A stretch of DNA of 64,000 nt from the NCBI GenBank assembly GCA_963729045.1, contig CAVSMN010000020.1, forward strand, positions 32,001-96,000. Reading direction: 5' to 3'. This document shows positions 11,499-23,854 of the stretch, one piece after another. Numbering within the stretch: position 1 is the stretch's first letter; every line of letters begins with the position of its first letter. Both the position numbers and the translations under genes were made by a program. The notes under the pieces are model-generated. The model saw only the letters and a list, made by a program, of their open reading frames with translations, was not told where the DNA came from and did not search any database. Origin of the DNA: an uncultured Nitrososphaeraceae archaeon. Lineage in GTDB: Archaea; Thermoproteota; Nitrososphaeria; Nitrososphaerales; Nitrososphaeraceae.

Positions 11499-12377
11499 CT
11501 ATTTGGTCTTATTTACAATATTGGTATTATTTGAGCTTTGAGATAGAGTCTTATTGTAATGTGCAATAGATTCAGTCTGATTCCCAATATGAGAAAGCAC
11601 ATTCCCTTTACCTTTTATCGCATCTGTATTTTCAGGATCTATGGCTAAAGCTTTATCATAGTAAATAATCGCAAGTTTATAGTTTCCAATCTTATCAAGG
11701 AAATTAGCTTTGTTAGTTAAATCAGGAATATATCTTGGATCTGTGGCCTTTGCCTTGTCATAATAGAAAACGGCTTGTGTATGATTTCCCAGTTTATCAA
11801 GTGCGTATCCTTTACCAATCATTGCAAGAACATGTTTTGGATCCAAAGCTAATGCCTTGTCAAAATATGTTATAGCACCTGAATAATTTTCAAGAGCCTC
11901 AAGAGCATTTCCTTTGTCATATGAAGCAAAAACCACAGTTGGGTCTATAGATAAGGCCAGATCATAGTAAGGAATAGCCTCAGTATAATTGCCTAAATGA
12001 TAAAAAACTACACCTTTATTATCTAATATAGTAGCGTTCTTGGGATCCAAAGCCAGAGCTTTGTCGTAAGAGGCAATAGCCTGTGTGTAATTTCCTAAGC
12101 CACCATAAGCATTACCCTTCTCATTTAGCGCAAGAACATTCTTTGGATCTATAGCAAGAGCCTTGTCAAAGTAGACAATAGATTCATTGTAGTTACCTAC
12201 TTTATTAAGTTCTACTCCCTTGTTAGTCATAATTGCAGAATCATTAGATGTGGAATTTGAAATTGAGGCTTCTGATGGCAAGCCATAACTTTTCAATGGT
12301 ACAGAAAAAATAATCACCATACAAGATAGAATAGCGAATAATGAAAACAAGTAAGGGGTTTTTAGCCGGTTATTCAT
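11499..12377 (-). CDS. Secreted or membrane-anchored tetratricopeptide-repeat protein
   Basis: Repeated NKG.....GNY..AI.Y.DKALA.DP units after a hydrophobic N-terminus. Confidence 0.9.
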   Translation of the reverse strand: MNNRLKTPYLFSLFAILSCMVIIFSVPLKSYGLPSEASISNSTSNDSAIMTNKGVELNKVGNYNESIVYFDKALAIDPKNVLALNEKGNAYGGLGNYTQAIASYDKALALDPKNATILDNKGVVFYHLGNYTEAIPYYDLALSIDPTVVFASYDKGNALEALENYSGAITYFDKALALDPKHVLAMIGKGYALDKLGNHTQAVFYYDKAKATDPRYIPDLTNKANFLDKIGNYKLAIIYYDKALAIDPENTDAIKGKGNVLSHIGNQTESIAHYNKTLSQSSNNTNIVNKTK

Positions 12378-12631
12378 CACATTATCTGATAAAAAAGATA
12401 GTTTATAACAATTGCTAATAAGCAGACTTTTAACTGTTATATTATTGTAGAAACCCTTAGTATAGGTTTTATTAAACAATTCACCAAATAAATTATTGAC
12501 TATTTTCTCTTTCTTCTTTCTACGGCTAATTTGAATAAGAATTTGTTCTACTGCCCAAAATGACCCTGTTTGAATTGTTTGACGCTAGATCGCAATTCTT
12601 GATGGACTAAAAAAGTACTCCATCCTGATAA

Positions 12632-13284
12632 TCATCGTGATTCAAAATTCTTTAATTGTTCTTTGAGTTGCGCTATTTCGGCATCCTTTACTTTTATTAT
12701 CATGTCTCTTTTTGATATCTCATTTTCTGCTTTAATGAGCTTTTCATGAATTGGTTTAAGTTGTTGAAACTCTTCTAATTCCGGAATTGTAGTTTTGTAG
12801 ACTGATGCCATGGCAGTTCATTCTTAGCCAAATTTAAAATATCCGTATCAAGACGTTTTAATTGTTCTATCTTCTCAAAAATATATTTATCAAGGTTCTC
12901 TATTGGAACACCTATTCTATTAGAAAGGTCAATTAGATGATCTAGCCTAGATAAAAATTCTGAAATTTCAAGATTTCTAGTAAAACAATGGATATGTAAT
13001 TTCTCTATAGCTGATTCAGCAAGATCTTCATTAATTCCTAAATTATTAAGCTTATTTTGCAATCTAACAGTAAAAGCAAACCTATTCAAATCAAGTCCTG
13101 TTTTTCTCAAATTCAGGGCAACTTCCCTCATTAAATCTATATCTCTAATTTGACTCCTTGTTTCATTGATGATAGCAGAAATCATTCCAACACTAATTTT
13201 ATTATTTGTTGCTATTTCATCTCTGAGAATACCATCTAACCATTGCGAGATTACATTTTTCTTTATTGAATCAGGTATTACCAT
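12632..13284 (-). CDS. HTH-like N-terminus plus coiled-coil hypothetical protein (frameshift near 12820)
   Basis: QWLDGILRDEIATNNKISVGMISAII; continuation LEEFQQLKPIHEKLIKAENE...LKNFESR* in another frame ending at 12632. Confidence 0.65.
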
Positions 13285-13519
13285 ACTATATATGAAACCG
13301 TAGATATTTAGGACTTACAGGGATAGTGATTTTCTTTATTATATTTCCCACTTTTTTCTTTTTGACACATTCTTGAACCCATTTTGACATTGAATTAATC
13401 TTGAATTGACCAAATATTGACACAGGTCTGGTATTAAATACCAAAGGCCAAACACCTAGTCCCAATTTTAAGAGGTAAAACATGGATCATGATAACAAAA
13501 TAAAGTAGCAGATCACATA

Positions 13520-13552
13520 TACCTACTAGATTCCAAGCCCACTAGGCTTGCT
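13520..13552 (+). repeat. Degenerate tRNA 3'-end-like repeat copy
   Basis: tacctactagattccaagcccactaggcttgct aligns with tacctcctggattcgaagcccaccgggcccgcc (reverse complement of 46226-46258). Confidence 0.65.
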
Positions 13553-14824
13553 GCAAATTTATAAAATTGTTATTAGATATTTATAATAATTATAATGCTT
13601 TATATAATTTTGATAAATTTTATAATAACTTGCTTGATAATTCCAAAATTATTAGAATATTAGAATATTGCAATTAGTTAGCAAATTCAATATATTTTTT
13701 CTTCGGAATTGTATATATGAGTAAAGAATACAATCCTGCCTCACACATTCTGACACTCTTCGCAATTTGGTCAGAATATATGCGGGCTTGCAAAGAGATA
13801 AACAGACAAGCATATGATTCTGCTGAAGAATCTTTTCACAGCGGAATGTATCTTCTTATATGTTGCGGTCCATAATAATCCATTCTTTATTTTTTACATA
13901 ATTTTCTAAAAAATAATTACCAATCCATTATGGTCTATATCATTTCGTAATAGTTTGAATATCGAAAGATTGAAAAACTAACGCAGATCCATTAATATAG
14001 TTATTACGGACAAAGGATTGTTCTATATATTGCCTTAAATTTGCGTTATACCTAAAGAAGAATTAAACGCATTGTCATTGAGAATTATTTTAGGAGAGTA
14101 GTATTTGAGAATTCATGACATAAGTTATATGAAGCAGTAATAATGTTACATGGACCCTCAACTAGAGTACTTCACTTTTTTTATAGCTTTACTATGGAAG
14201 TGTAAATATGGTGAAAATAATATCAAGGATATCTAGACTAAAAGGGCGACAATTGAATACATACGATAATGAATTGTCAAGAAATACTAATCAGATCAGG
14301 AATGAGTTGTCTATCAATCCAAATGACTACAAAACAAATAGTTTGAATGTGAGAGATGAGCCTAATGGGACTATCGAATCAGATCTACTAAGTACCTAAT
14401 AATACGAAACAGGAATTATCAAATCGAAAAGATTCAGGAAAGGATACTAGTATCTTTCTGATAGAGAATTATGCAGAATTACTTATACAAAAACTTAGAC
14501 ATTCGAATAATAATAATACTAAATTATCTTACTATTCTCCCAACAATGTATAGAATCATGTCAAGTAAGAACGTTGATAGAATGAGTAATGAAAAATGAA
14601 TATTTCTATGTATGAATCACGAGTGATTTGTGTGGGGAAAATTTGTGCTTGTAAAAGTGATAATAGGATTGGATATAGATTTACTGAACCAATTAATAGC
14701 ATATGTATCGATAGGAAGCAATTGATACTATCACAAATCCAAGTACCAGGAATCTATTAAAATGTACCACTGATAAACTTGAATTGAACATGGCTAAGAA
14801 GGAGGGAGAAGGGAGAGGAACTAA

Positions 14825-15031
14825 ATGCACTCTATAAAATTTACTAGATGTATATACGATAGCTGTTCGGCCAAACCCATTGCACGATGCCTTCGTTGTT
14901 CAAAATATTATTGTTATGTCCATTTACAGTTATGTTTTCAGACTCACCCAAATGAAATTGAGATCATTAATCCATTAAAAAATAAGATGAATGTCGGAGC
15001 AATTATGATAATAGGTCAAAAATCGAGTTAA
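14825..15031 (+). CDS. Small Cys/His zinc-finger protein (AN1/B-box-like spacing)
   Basis: C-x4-C-x7-C-x2-C-x4-C-x2-H-x3-C-x3-H. Confidence 0.55.
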   Translation: MHSIKFTRCIYDSCSAKPIARCLRCSKYYCYVHLQLCFQTHPNEIEIINPLKNKMNVGAIMIIGQKSS

Positions 15032-15094
15032 CTAATTAATATAAAAGAATAATCTTATTTCTCTAGATTAAAATAGTTTATTTTTGTTGAAAAA

Positions 15095-15132
15095 GTGGGT
15101 TCGTATCAATTATTAAAACCACCGGGCCAGCA
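15095..15132 (+). repeat. tRNA 3'-end-like repeat copy with an insertion in the T-loop
   Basis: GTGGGTTCG-tatcaattattaaaa-CCACCGGGCCAGCA. Confidence 0.55.
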
Positions 15133-15727
15133 ATTCATTTTAGTAACTATTTTTTGACATATATGTGTCTTAATGCAAACTAAAAATCCACTTATTAAAT
15201 AATGGTATTAGTATGAGATTTTTAAGAAACTTGGAACGAATCTCATATTATATTATCTACCCACATTTCATTAAAAAACGGAAATCAGAAGATAAGTTTA
15301 CTATCCTTACTAGGTGATTGTCTTTGGGATACAGATTAAGTATGAATTACCATCTACTGATGTCTGTGCTAGAGAATTATTGTCTGTATTTTCCTGACCC
15401 TATTATGCCTCCTATTGGGGAGTTGGCATTATTGGTGACTCATCTCCTATCCATATAAGGAAAGAGATTTGGGATATGTATGAATTATCTGCAATCATCA
15501 AGTATGAATCATACAAAGGAAAAAGGCCATTATATCTTTATTATGGAATTTGGACGCAAGATCTCAAGACATTGCGTTACTAAAATTTAACAAATATAAT
15601 TAAATGAAAAGTACGGAGAAATCATTGATTGACTTTATCCTAGAAATAAAGTTTTTAGAACGATAAGAAAACACAAGATAGGTAAAACAAATACATGAGA
15701 TAAATCATAAATTAACATTGTATTTGG

Positions 15728-17220
15728 ATGAAGAGACTTGTTATGTCCTTAATTGCCTTAATTGCCTTAATTGTCATTACAATCATTGTGATCAAATATT
15801 TTGATTATTATCATATTATTGAAAGTTATATAAATCCACTACAAGACAAGAAACAAATAGAAATTAGCCCAAATTACAAGGATAGGATCAACGTGGATCT
15901 TTATGTGACGGGTTTGTCGTTTCCCACTAGTATGATATTTGTTAGATAATAATTCCATACTAGTAACGGAGAAGGATGAAGGTAAGGTTCGCCTGATATC
16001 TAATGGCACATTGCAAAAAGATCCTATTTACACAATAAATAACATTTCAAATGAAAAAGAACAGGGTTTGTTGGGGATTACCTCATCAAGCAAATACGAA
16101 TCTAAAAAAGAGACTCCAGTAGATTATCTAAATTTTAATTCAACCTCTTACCCAGTCTCTGACAGGGATGTATTAATCTCCTCTCATAAGCCCATGAGTC
16201 ACGATTCCAACTATATGATTTACCTATATTTTACTGAGAAAATATACGACCCTAAGGATAACAATAATCTCAAAGTACAACAAGAAGATTCGAATTATAC
16301 TATCCGGAATAGGGTTTATGAATATACCTGGGATGGAATAGGTTCTTTCTCAAATCCAAGACTTATTATGGATATGCCCGCAGAACCTGGGCCCTATCAC
16401 AACGGTGGGAAAATACACATGGATAAATTAGGTAATTTATATGCAATAATAGGAGACCTCACGGCTATAAATAATACACTCCAAAACTATCCGGAAGGAA
16501 AAAATCCATCTACTTCTATACCTAATAATTCCTCTGTCATTATCCGAATGAATCCATCAATAGAATCGTTCATGCCATCCCATAATCCACTCTATCCATA
16601 TCATTCTAATAATGCTAAACTTAATTTGACAGAATATTATTATGCATACGGAATTAGAAATAGTTTTGGAATGGATATCGATCCTCTAACTGGAAAACTA
16701 TGGGATACTGAAAATGGCGAGGACAACTATGATGAAATTAACCTTGTCCAACCAGGTTTTAATAGTGGATGGTCCAAAATAATGGGCCCTATCTCAAGAA
16801 ATAACGACACTTTAGTTTCTGATCTTGTTATTTTGGATGGTTCTCACTATTCAGATCCAGAATTTAGTTGGAGGCTGCCTGTTGGGGTAACAGACATTGA
16901 ATTTTTAGAATCTTCGTTGTTAGGCGATGACCTGGAAAATAACATATTCGTAGGAGACATTAATAATGGGAATTTGTATTTCCTTAAAATAGATTCAAAC
17001 AGATCTGGAATTGATATAAATAAAAGTGTTCATTGATGATAGGAATGAAAAAGGGCTGCAAGATTTAGTAGCGGACGATAAGGACGAACTAGAAAAAGTC
17101 ATATTTGCAAAAGGATTTGATGGAAGAATTACGGATATTGAAACTGGATTGGATGGTAATTTGTATATACTAACTTATTTTGATGGGAACATTTATCGAA
17201 TAACCCACACAGAAAAGTAA
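15728..17220 (+). CDS. PQQ-dependent sugar dehydrogenase (glucose/sorbosone dehydrogenase family), split by two frameshifts (~15940, ~17030)
   Basis: Three consecutive overlapping ORFs: TM anchor + GLSFPTSM; EQGLLGI, HNGG, YAYGIRNSFG, DEINLV..GFNSGW; ITDIETGLDGNLY. Confidence 0.9.
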
Positions 17221-17424
17221 TACAAATTATTTCAAATATTGTATTTATCGGGCCTTTTTCAAAAATATGGATTCTCCAAAATCAGTAAACGAAATTCGGA
17301 TCAGATTTCATATCAGTCACTTAATTCTTTTAGAATTCAAAATAAAATGATTCAGCAATTCATAGGATAAGAATGATTTGAATTAATACCTGATTGAAAA
17401 TATATATACATTTTATTTCATAGT

Positions 17425-17694
17425 CTATTGTCTCTCTATTATCTCTAAATCAGCAATACCACGATGAGTTATTTGAAACTCATTTTGATCATTCATTTCT
17501 ATTAATCCATTATTTTGCAAGATTAGAATTGCTTGATTGAAATATGTATGAACTGCTCTGGTACTATCTTGCAATGTCTGTCTTGACACCCAAGGAGTTT
17601 GAACAATATGTTCACTATTCAATTTCCTCATGATTGCAATCGCTGTCCTTTTAAGATCATCATTGATACCACCTACATTTCCTAAAATAGACAT
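17425..17694 (-). CDS. Small winged-helix-like protein
   Basis: FNQAILILQNNGLIE...FQITHRGIADLE, similar to the 10624 protein. Confidence 0.65.
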   Translation of the reverse strand: MSILGNVGGINDDLKRTAIAIMRKLNSEHIVQTPWVSRQTLQDSTRAVHTYFNQAILILQNNGLIEMNDQNEFQITHRGIADLEIIERQ

Positions 17695-18232
17695 ACAGTC
17701 TGTATAAATATCGACCTTATAACCTTAGCTTCAAGAAAACACCAATGGTTGCTCATTTGTGTTGTGTGTGTGCTAGTCTAAATAGGACCGAATCAAAATG
17801 GTGGAATACAGTACGAGAATTATAGTTATCAAGCCCAAGAGAATCAAAGAGTTCTAATAAATTCGGATCCACAGTAATCGAGTCCTGCTTTAGTGGATGA
17901 TAATACATCAGAAACCACCTAGCCCGTTATATACTACCATATCATTTTAAATGAGTCTTAAATGAATTCTCTATCAATAGGCAGCCAAAATTGGGATTTA
18001 ATCTTATCCTGATTTTGCCTAGAATTTCATATTGCATAATTTTTAGTGTTCAACTATAGATAGCAAATAATAAATCAATTAAGATATAAATTAGATGGTA
18101 AATTGACAGAAAGCAAAGAGAGGCACTTGTCTTGGCATTAGCTGAAAAGGGGAAAAATTGTAGAGAAATCACGAAAGAGTTATTGGGGTTTCCAAACACA
18201 ATCAAGACAGTCACTGGAACGTGTAGTTTACC

Positions 18233-19521
18233 ATGACAGTAGAACCAGACGTTCCTTCGAAGATCGGCTTTATCAATATTGATGATCCTTGCAGCACTAT
18301 TCGGCGCCTTATCTTCCCTGCTTACCGTGGGTTATATCACCCTCTATAATCAAGGCATCAAGATCTTTGAGCAAGTAAGCCTCATGGTGCTTAATATCAA
18401 CATATGGCCACTCGTCTTACTCACTAGTGCGGGGGTATTAATCGGCCTAGTTATCAAATTTTTTGGTCAGAATGGGGGACTTGGAATTGCCCAGAGCCAG
18501 TATGCCCAAACTGGCCGAATCAATCCTCGCAAAGTGCCGAGCATTATGCTTCAAGCATTCATATCTCTATGGAGTGGTGCTCCCGTTGGTCCTGAAGGGC
18601 CTCTAACTTTTCTGACTGGAGGCTTTGGAACCTATCTTTCAGAACGACTCAGGCGCAATAAGGATGATGTTCAGATACTTGTTTACAGTTCCATAGCTGG
18701 AGCTTTTGGCGGCTTCTTTGGTTCACCAGTTATTGGAGCTGTTGGAGCCATCGAGTACATGTTCATTAAAGAGCTGGATCTCTATCGTCATTTGATTCCA
18801 GGCCTATTGGCTGCTGCTGTTGGATACGGCGTCTACTCCGCAATATTGCAGGATTCATTTCTTGGAATTTACAGCTTCCCTGACTATGCTTCACCACGCC
18901 TTGTTGACTTGTGGTGGGCTTTGCTTGTTGGAATAATTGCGTGGGTTTGTCGGGATCATGTTCAAATTAATGTTCGGTATCGTTCACCGTGTCTTTGCCC
19001 CCCTTGCCAATAGACCGGTTAGCCGTGCGGTCATAGGTGGTATAATCATAGGCCTCATCGGAACGTTCCTCCCACTGACTCTGTACTCTGGTCAAAATCA
19101 ACTACTGCAAATTATCCATAACCCTGCCGCCTTTGGCATAGGAATTTTGCTTATTATGGTTGTTGTTAAAGCCCTCCTAACAAGCACATCATTTGCCACA
19201 GGATTTGATGGTGGACCCATATTTCCGTTACTTTTCATAGGTGGAGCGTTAGGGCTTGCGATTTCTAAGGGCCTTACATTCATTCCAGAAGGTGTAGGAG
19301 TGACCGTGGGGATGGCAGCGGTTGCGTGTGCTGTTTTCCCGCTTCCTTTGACGATAGCTCTCTTACTAGGGTTTATGGGAGGACAGACAGATCTTTTGCC
19401 AGTGATTGTTATTGGGGCAGTCATCGGTTTCGTGATATCAAAAGCGATCACTCCCCTCCTTCCGAAACCTCATTCACAGCCGACTGGTAACGAAGGAGAT
19501 AAGCAGCAAGCATCAAAATAA
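18233..19521 (+). CDS. CLC-family chloride channel/transporter (frameshifts near 18280 and 18940)
   Basis: GAPVGPEGP, GAFGGFFGSPVIG, TGFDGGPIFP; two overlapping ORFs make one CLC; GC higher than surroundings. Confidence 0.85.
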
Positions 19522-20205
19522 TTTTGTCTCTGTCGGCAACGAATCAAAATAGTCACATCTTATAGAGGTTAAAAGAAACAATAGACATTTTTGTTTATAT
19601 GGTAAAACACAATAGCTAGCAATAGTAACAACGGTGACATCATAGTCTTTTTCTGTCTGTTGAGTTTATCAATGCAAAATCAGTGGTACTATTGGTGTTT
19701 TCATTCACCATCCCAATAATCTTCAACATAGGAATAGGAACAGATTGAAGGATATTCGATAGGAAGGACATGAATTTATTAAGTTGTCATTCAATAAATT
19801 CCTGAAAGACATCACCATGGATTGCAAAGAAAGAACTCCATTTATTTCCAAATATTATTATTATTTGAATTTAAAAATAGTGAGGCACAATGTCTATCAT
19901 ATGTATACTTTACATATGATGGGGACATTTGTAAGAGGGGTTCATATACACTGTCATAAATGGAAGCCAAATGGAATTTAAGATTGACCCCTGAGGCTAA
20001 ATCTTTCTAACCCTTTCAATCATATTTAGTTTATCCTGTAAATGATAATTTTCTATAAATTAGACTGTTATGTTTTTATAAATTTCGTTCTGACATTTCG
20101 ACTCGTAATATTATTTACTGCTAAACTCACCAGCATCGTCAACTATCTTAGTAACATCGTTTAATAAGATTGAAAGGATAGTATTTTCCTGAATTTGACT
20201 CTTAT

Positions 20206-20754
20206 TTATTTCAATTTTGCGCTTACCTTAATTATGTGACTCATACTGTAAATAGCAGGACATCTCTCTTCAGCCATAATAATCAGTTCTCGAATTTTTT
20301 GGTCATTTGTAGTATTATCCCCTTCGTGCTCATTTTTACCAATATCAATTTCAAAATTTATCCCTTCTGTAATAGGTTCATCTGAAATATCAAATGTCTT
20401 GGCAAAATTAACGTTACATTCTGCATTTATTCGTAGTTTATTGAGTTTGATTCCATGGCTTGATAAAATACTTACTAATGTGGTAATAAAACAAGAGGTT
20501 ATTCCTACCACACAATATCCCATAGGTCCTAATCTGTTACCACTACCTCCTAAGAATGACGGCGAATCTATTTCAATCACTTCTTTGCCTTTCTCATATG
20601 CTAGTTCTGTTTTGAATTGGTATCCTTTTTGAATATCAAAATTCCATTCCCCTTCCAATCTTATTGGTTTCTTTAAAAATTGTGGGTCTTTATGTCCACT
20701 TTCTATGGTTTTTTGTATTTTGTCAAGGTCGATATTATTCATTATATTTGACAT
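20206..20754 (-). CDS. OsmC/Ohr family protein
   Basis: DSPSFLGGSGNRLGP, ITSC, AEERCPA Cys pair. Confidence 0.88.
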   Translation of the reverse strand: MSNIMNNIDLDKIQKTIESGHKDPQFLKKPIRLEGEWNFDIQKGYQFKTELAYEKGKEVIEIDSPSFLGGSGNRLGPMGYCVVGITSCFITTLVSILSSHGIKLNKLRINAECNVNFAKTFDISDEPITEGINFEIDIGKNEHEGDNTTNDQKIRELIIMAEERCPAIYSMSHIIKVSAKLK

Positions 20755-21066
20755 GGTAGTGTTATATTCTTACAATTATTATTTAATGAAATCTATCTTT
20801 AACTATCCTTTTGAATAAATCAGTGCTGCCTTTCACGATTATTTGGCTCTGTTGTGATTCTATCACTAATTGAACTAAAGAATATTCAAAAAAAACTATA
20901 ACCATGGATTTAAATGAATTAAATCAAAGTGGATCGTGCAACAGAGCGGTGCATCTTATATAATTTGTTCTTTCTCATGACTTATGCAGAGTGAAAAGGA
21001 CGATATGTCAACTAGAAGTATTTATTATGGAATATTATTTTTTCTGTGGCAAGAAGGAGAGAAACA

Positions 21067-21972
21067 ATGACTGATCACAAGATCGGAACACGAGAAGAGT
21101 GGCTCGCCGACCGGCTGGAGCTACTCAAAGCCGAGAAGGAGCTAACCCGGCGTAGCGACGAACTGGCCCAATGGCGGCAGAAGCTACCGTGGGTTCGAAT
21201 TGACAAAAAGTACCTTTTCGAGACTGATGATGGCACGATGTCTCTAGCCGATCTATTCAGAGGACGCTCGCAGCTTCTCGTTTATCACTTCATGTTTGGC
21301 CCCGACTATACGGGTGGCTGCCCCGCATGCTCTGCCATCGCGGACGGCTTCAACGGATATGCCGTGCATCTAGAACACCACGATGTAGCAATGATCGCTG
21401 TCTCACGTGCCCCCATCGCTGCGCTTCAGGCCTATAAGCGCCGTATGGGCTGGACGTTTACTTGGGCGTCATCTCTGGACAGCGACTTTAACTACGACTT
21501 CAATACATCTTTCACAGAGGAGCAACAACTCTCCGGTAGTGTAGATTACAACTACCGCGCGCTCAGCGCGATCCCAGACTCTGAGGCAGGTTCAAATAAG
21601 TTCGCTGCCATGAGTGGCACTGACGTCCTAACCTACACTCGCGAGGCACCGGGTATGAGCGCGTTTGCATTTTCTGATGGTGTTGTCTACCACACCTACT
21701 CCGCCTATGCGCGAGGCCTTGATGCGCTATGGGGGATGTATCAGTGGCTCGACCGGGCGCCGAAGGGGCGCAACGAAACGGGACTGTGGTTTCGTCGACA
21801 CGATGAGTACCAGACATGCGAAACGAACCATCTTAATGATGATAATCAGGCAGGGCCGATGATGGACAGGGTAGTGAATTTAAGTTGCGACAGTGTTGTG
21901 GTTAGAGCCAAACTATCTTGCCTTGTGATAGCAGAGTGCATGTCTATATGCAACAACATTGCACAAGTATAA
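21067..21972 (+). CDS. DUF899 thioredoxin-like protein, high GC; the real end may be near 21820
   Basis: REEWLADR..LL..EKELTR, LFRGRSQLLVYHFMF, CPACS, HTYSAYARG, WLDRAPKGRNE, RRHDEY. Confidence 0.9.
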   Translation: MTDHKIGTREEWLADRLELLKAEKELTRRSDELAQWRQKLPWVRIDKKYLFETDDGTMSLADLFRGRSQLLVYHFMFGPDYTGGCPACSAIADGFNGYAVHLEHHDVAMIAVSRAPIAALQAYKRRMGWTFTWASSLDSDFNYDFNTSFTEEQQLSGSVDYNYRALSAIPDSEAGSNKFAAMSGTDVLTYTREAPGMSAFAFSDGVVYHTYSAYARGLDALWGMYQWLDRAPKGRNETGLWFRRHDEYQTCETNHLNDDNQAGPMMDRVVNLSCDSVVVRAKLSCLVIAECMSICNNIAQV

Positions 21973-22309
21973 TCTGGCAATGCTTTTCCTTTTACCATGC
22001 GTGCTAATGCAGCATACTTCTTTTGATCGTTAGTGGGTTTACTCTTTTCATTAAAAGTAAAAAGGGCCATTACGATAAGCCTTTGGATTGTGTTTCTCTG
22101 TGATATGAACGAATCTACAGAAAGATGAATAAGATCTATCGAACCATCGAGAATCATTTTTAATCAAATGCTATTCTGCAAAATAAATAGGAGCATCATT
22201 AATTGAAGAATCACATTATATTATAAAGTGTAAAATAAAGAAAAGGAAAATCTCAGGAACATCTTTATTTATTGATGAAACCGGAGGTCGTAAGCTGTTA
22301 GTGATTAGA

Positions 22310-22633
22310 TTATCTGGCGGATGTATTTGTATTAGAGTTTGTATTATTGGAGTAAGTAGGTGTATTTTCAGATGGTGGCCTAACATTCTCAGTATTGGTA
22401 ACATTGTATACCGGATTAGTAGGGGTGTTCGAGAAACAGTTAGATCTGGATACATTTATTCCCGTATCCGGAGTACACTTTGCTTGAAGAGTCTGGGCGG
22501 TTACATTACTATAGGTCAAATTAAAAGACGAAATCCCTAAAAATCCTGTAACTATAATTACCAGAACCAATTTTATGGATATTTTATGAAAATGTATGTA
22601 ATGCAGTTCTGATTTGATATTTGAATTCCTCAT
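22310..22633 (-). CDS. Small secreted N/T-rich protein with a Cys pair
   Basis: Signal-like hydrophobic stretch, then AKC...SNC and a low-complexity tail. Confidence 0.55.
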   Translation of the reverse strand: MRNSNIKSELHYIHFHKISIKLVLVIIVTGFLGISSFNLTYSNVTAQTLQAKCTPDTGINVSRSNCFSNTPTNPVYNVTNTENVRPPSENTPTYSNNTNSNTNTSAR

Positions 22634-22976
22634 TTATGGCTTTAGTATAGTATAGTATTTAACATTCAGTATTAGACTAATTAATTAAAAGTCAACTTAA
22701 AATAAATGTGGGTAGTATGGTATATACTACTTATGAATATTGGACTAGTATTAACAACGTGTTTGCAGCCTGGGCAGTTATTCCAGCAGTTTATATCATG
22801 AAATAACATGATAGGTGTTCTTTTATCTTTCAAGTTGATTACTATTTAATGAATTATAAAACGAGTAAACAACGATACCGTTATTATTATTAGATATTAC
22901 TAAATTTCCTAATCACTAGTTTTACTATTTGTCACTTAACCTAGACTTTGGTAAAACTAGATATAAAAAAAGGAAG

Positions 22977-23600
22977 TTATGTGTCGGTTCCATTTAGCGC
23001 TTGAGCAATTTCGTGTTGGGATGTATAGGGTTCTGGGAATCCGATTCTATCGTCTGGACATTCTAGTCCACCAATCAAAGCCATTCTCTCAACTCCATTG
23101 GAGATTTTTACAGTAGAGTTATCTGGAGGAACATCCTCACCTAAAATTGGATTACAACTAACTGTGTTATCGAAACTTGTTCCGTTTATGTCTCCATATA
23201 CTCTAAAACTAAATGTTGTTGGAATGGTAGGATAAAATGTCTCTGATTCATATACACCCAGTTCTCCAAATGCTGGATCTAGGTTTGATGATAAGGTTTT
23301 ATTTCCAGCCATTATGTCTACCTTTAATGAATTTTCAAGTCCTGTAATTGGTTGTGTACCATTTGCTTCTGCATTAGTTGGATCTGTCATATTTGGTGAG
23401 ACAACTGTTAATACTACGTTCGTCTTGTCATCAACAGCGACCGGTTCATTTGCCCATTCCACCTCCATAAGATAGTCTTTTCCATTTATAGAGTACAGAG
23501 ATATCTGATGTGCAAAGGAGGATTGTAAAGTCGGCAAAACTAGTAAAAGTGTTGAAATTCCAAAACAAAGGACCAGATTCCTGAGAATTTTATTGGTCAA
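22977..23600 (-). CDS. Secreted protein with His at the predicted mature N-terminus
   Basis: Signal ...QSSFA|HQISLY, WANEP, GVYES.F.PT; TATA-like ttatata ~25-30 nt upstream of TTG 23600. Confidence 0.8.
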   Translation of the reverse strand: MTNKILRNLVLCFGISTLLLVLPTLQSSFAHQISLYSINGKDYLMEVEWANEPVAVDDKTNVVLTVVSPNMTDPTNAEANGTQPITGLENSLKVDIMAGNKTLSSNLDPAFGELGVYESETFYPTIPTTFSFRVYGDINGTSFDNTVSCNPILGEDVPPDNSTVKISNGVERMALIGGLECPDDRIGFPEPYTSQHEIAQALNGTDT

Positions 23601-23854
23601 TGTTACCTTTAATATGTTAAAAGAGTATATAACCAATCTTGTTCAATCATCGAAGTAAATAAATGGGGACAAAAAATAGAATTGCTTTTTTTATCCTTCA
23701 TCAAAATGGAGAATTGGATTTGAACCTAATACAACCACGCGTATTAGCGGATTTATATTCATAACTAGAATTACATTCTAGGTAACATATAAACTGGTCT
23801 TCTTACTTGTATTGGGCTACAAATATTTTCTCACACATTTCATTTTGTCAGTAT

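Noticed and set aside
18233..19521. Fluoride-specific CLC-F exporter
   Set aside because: Lacks the GNNLI/GMGLI, GREGT and GEVTP signatures
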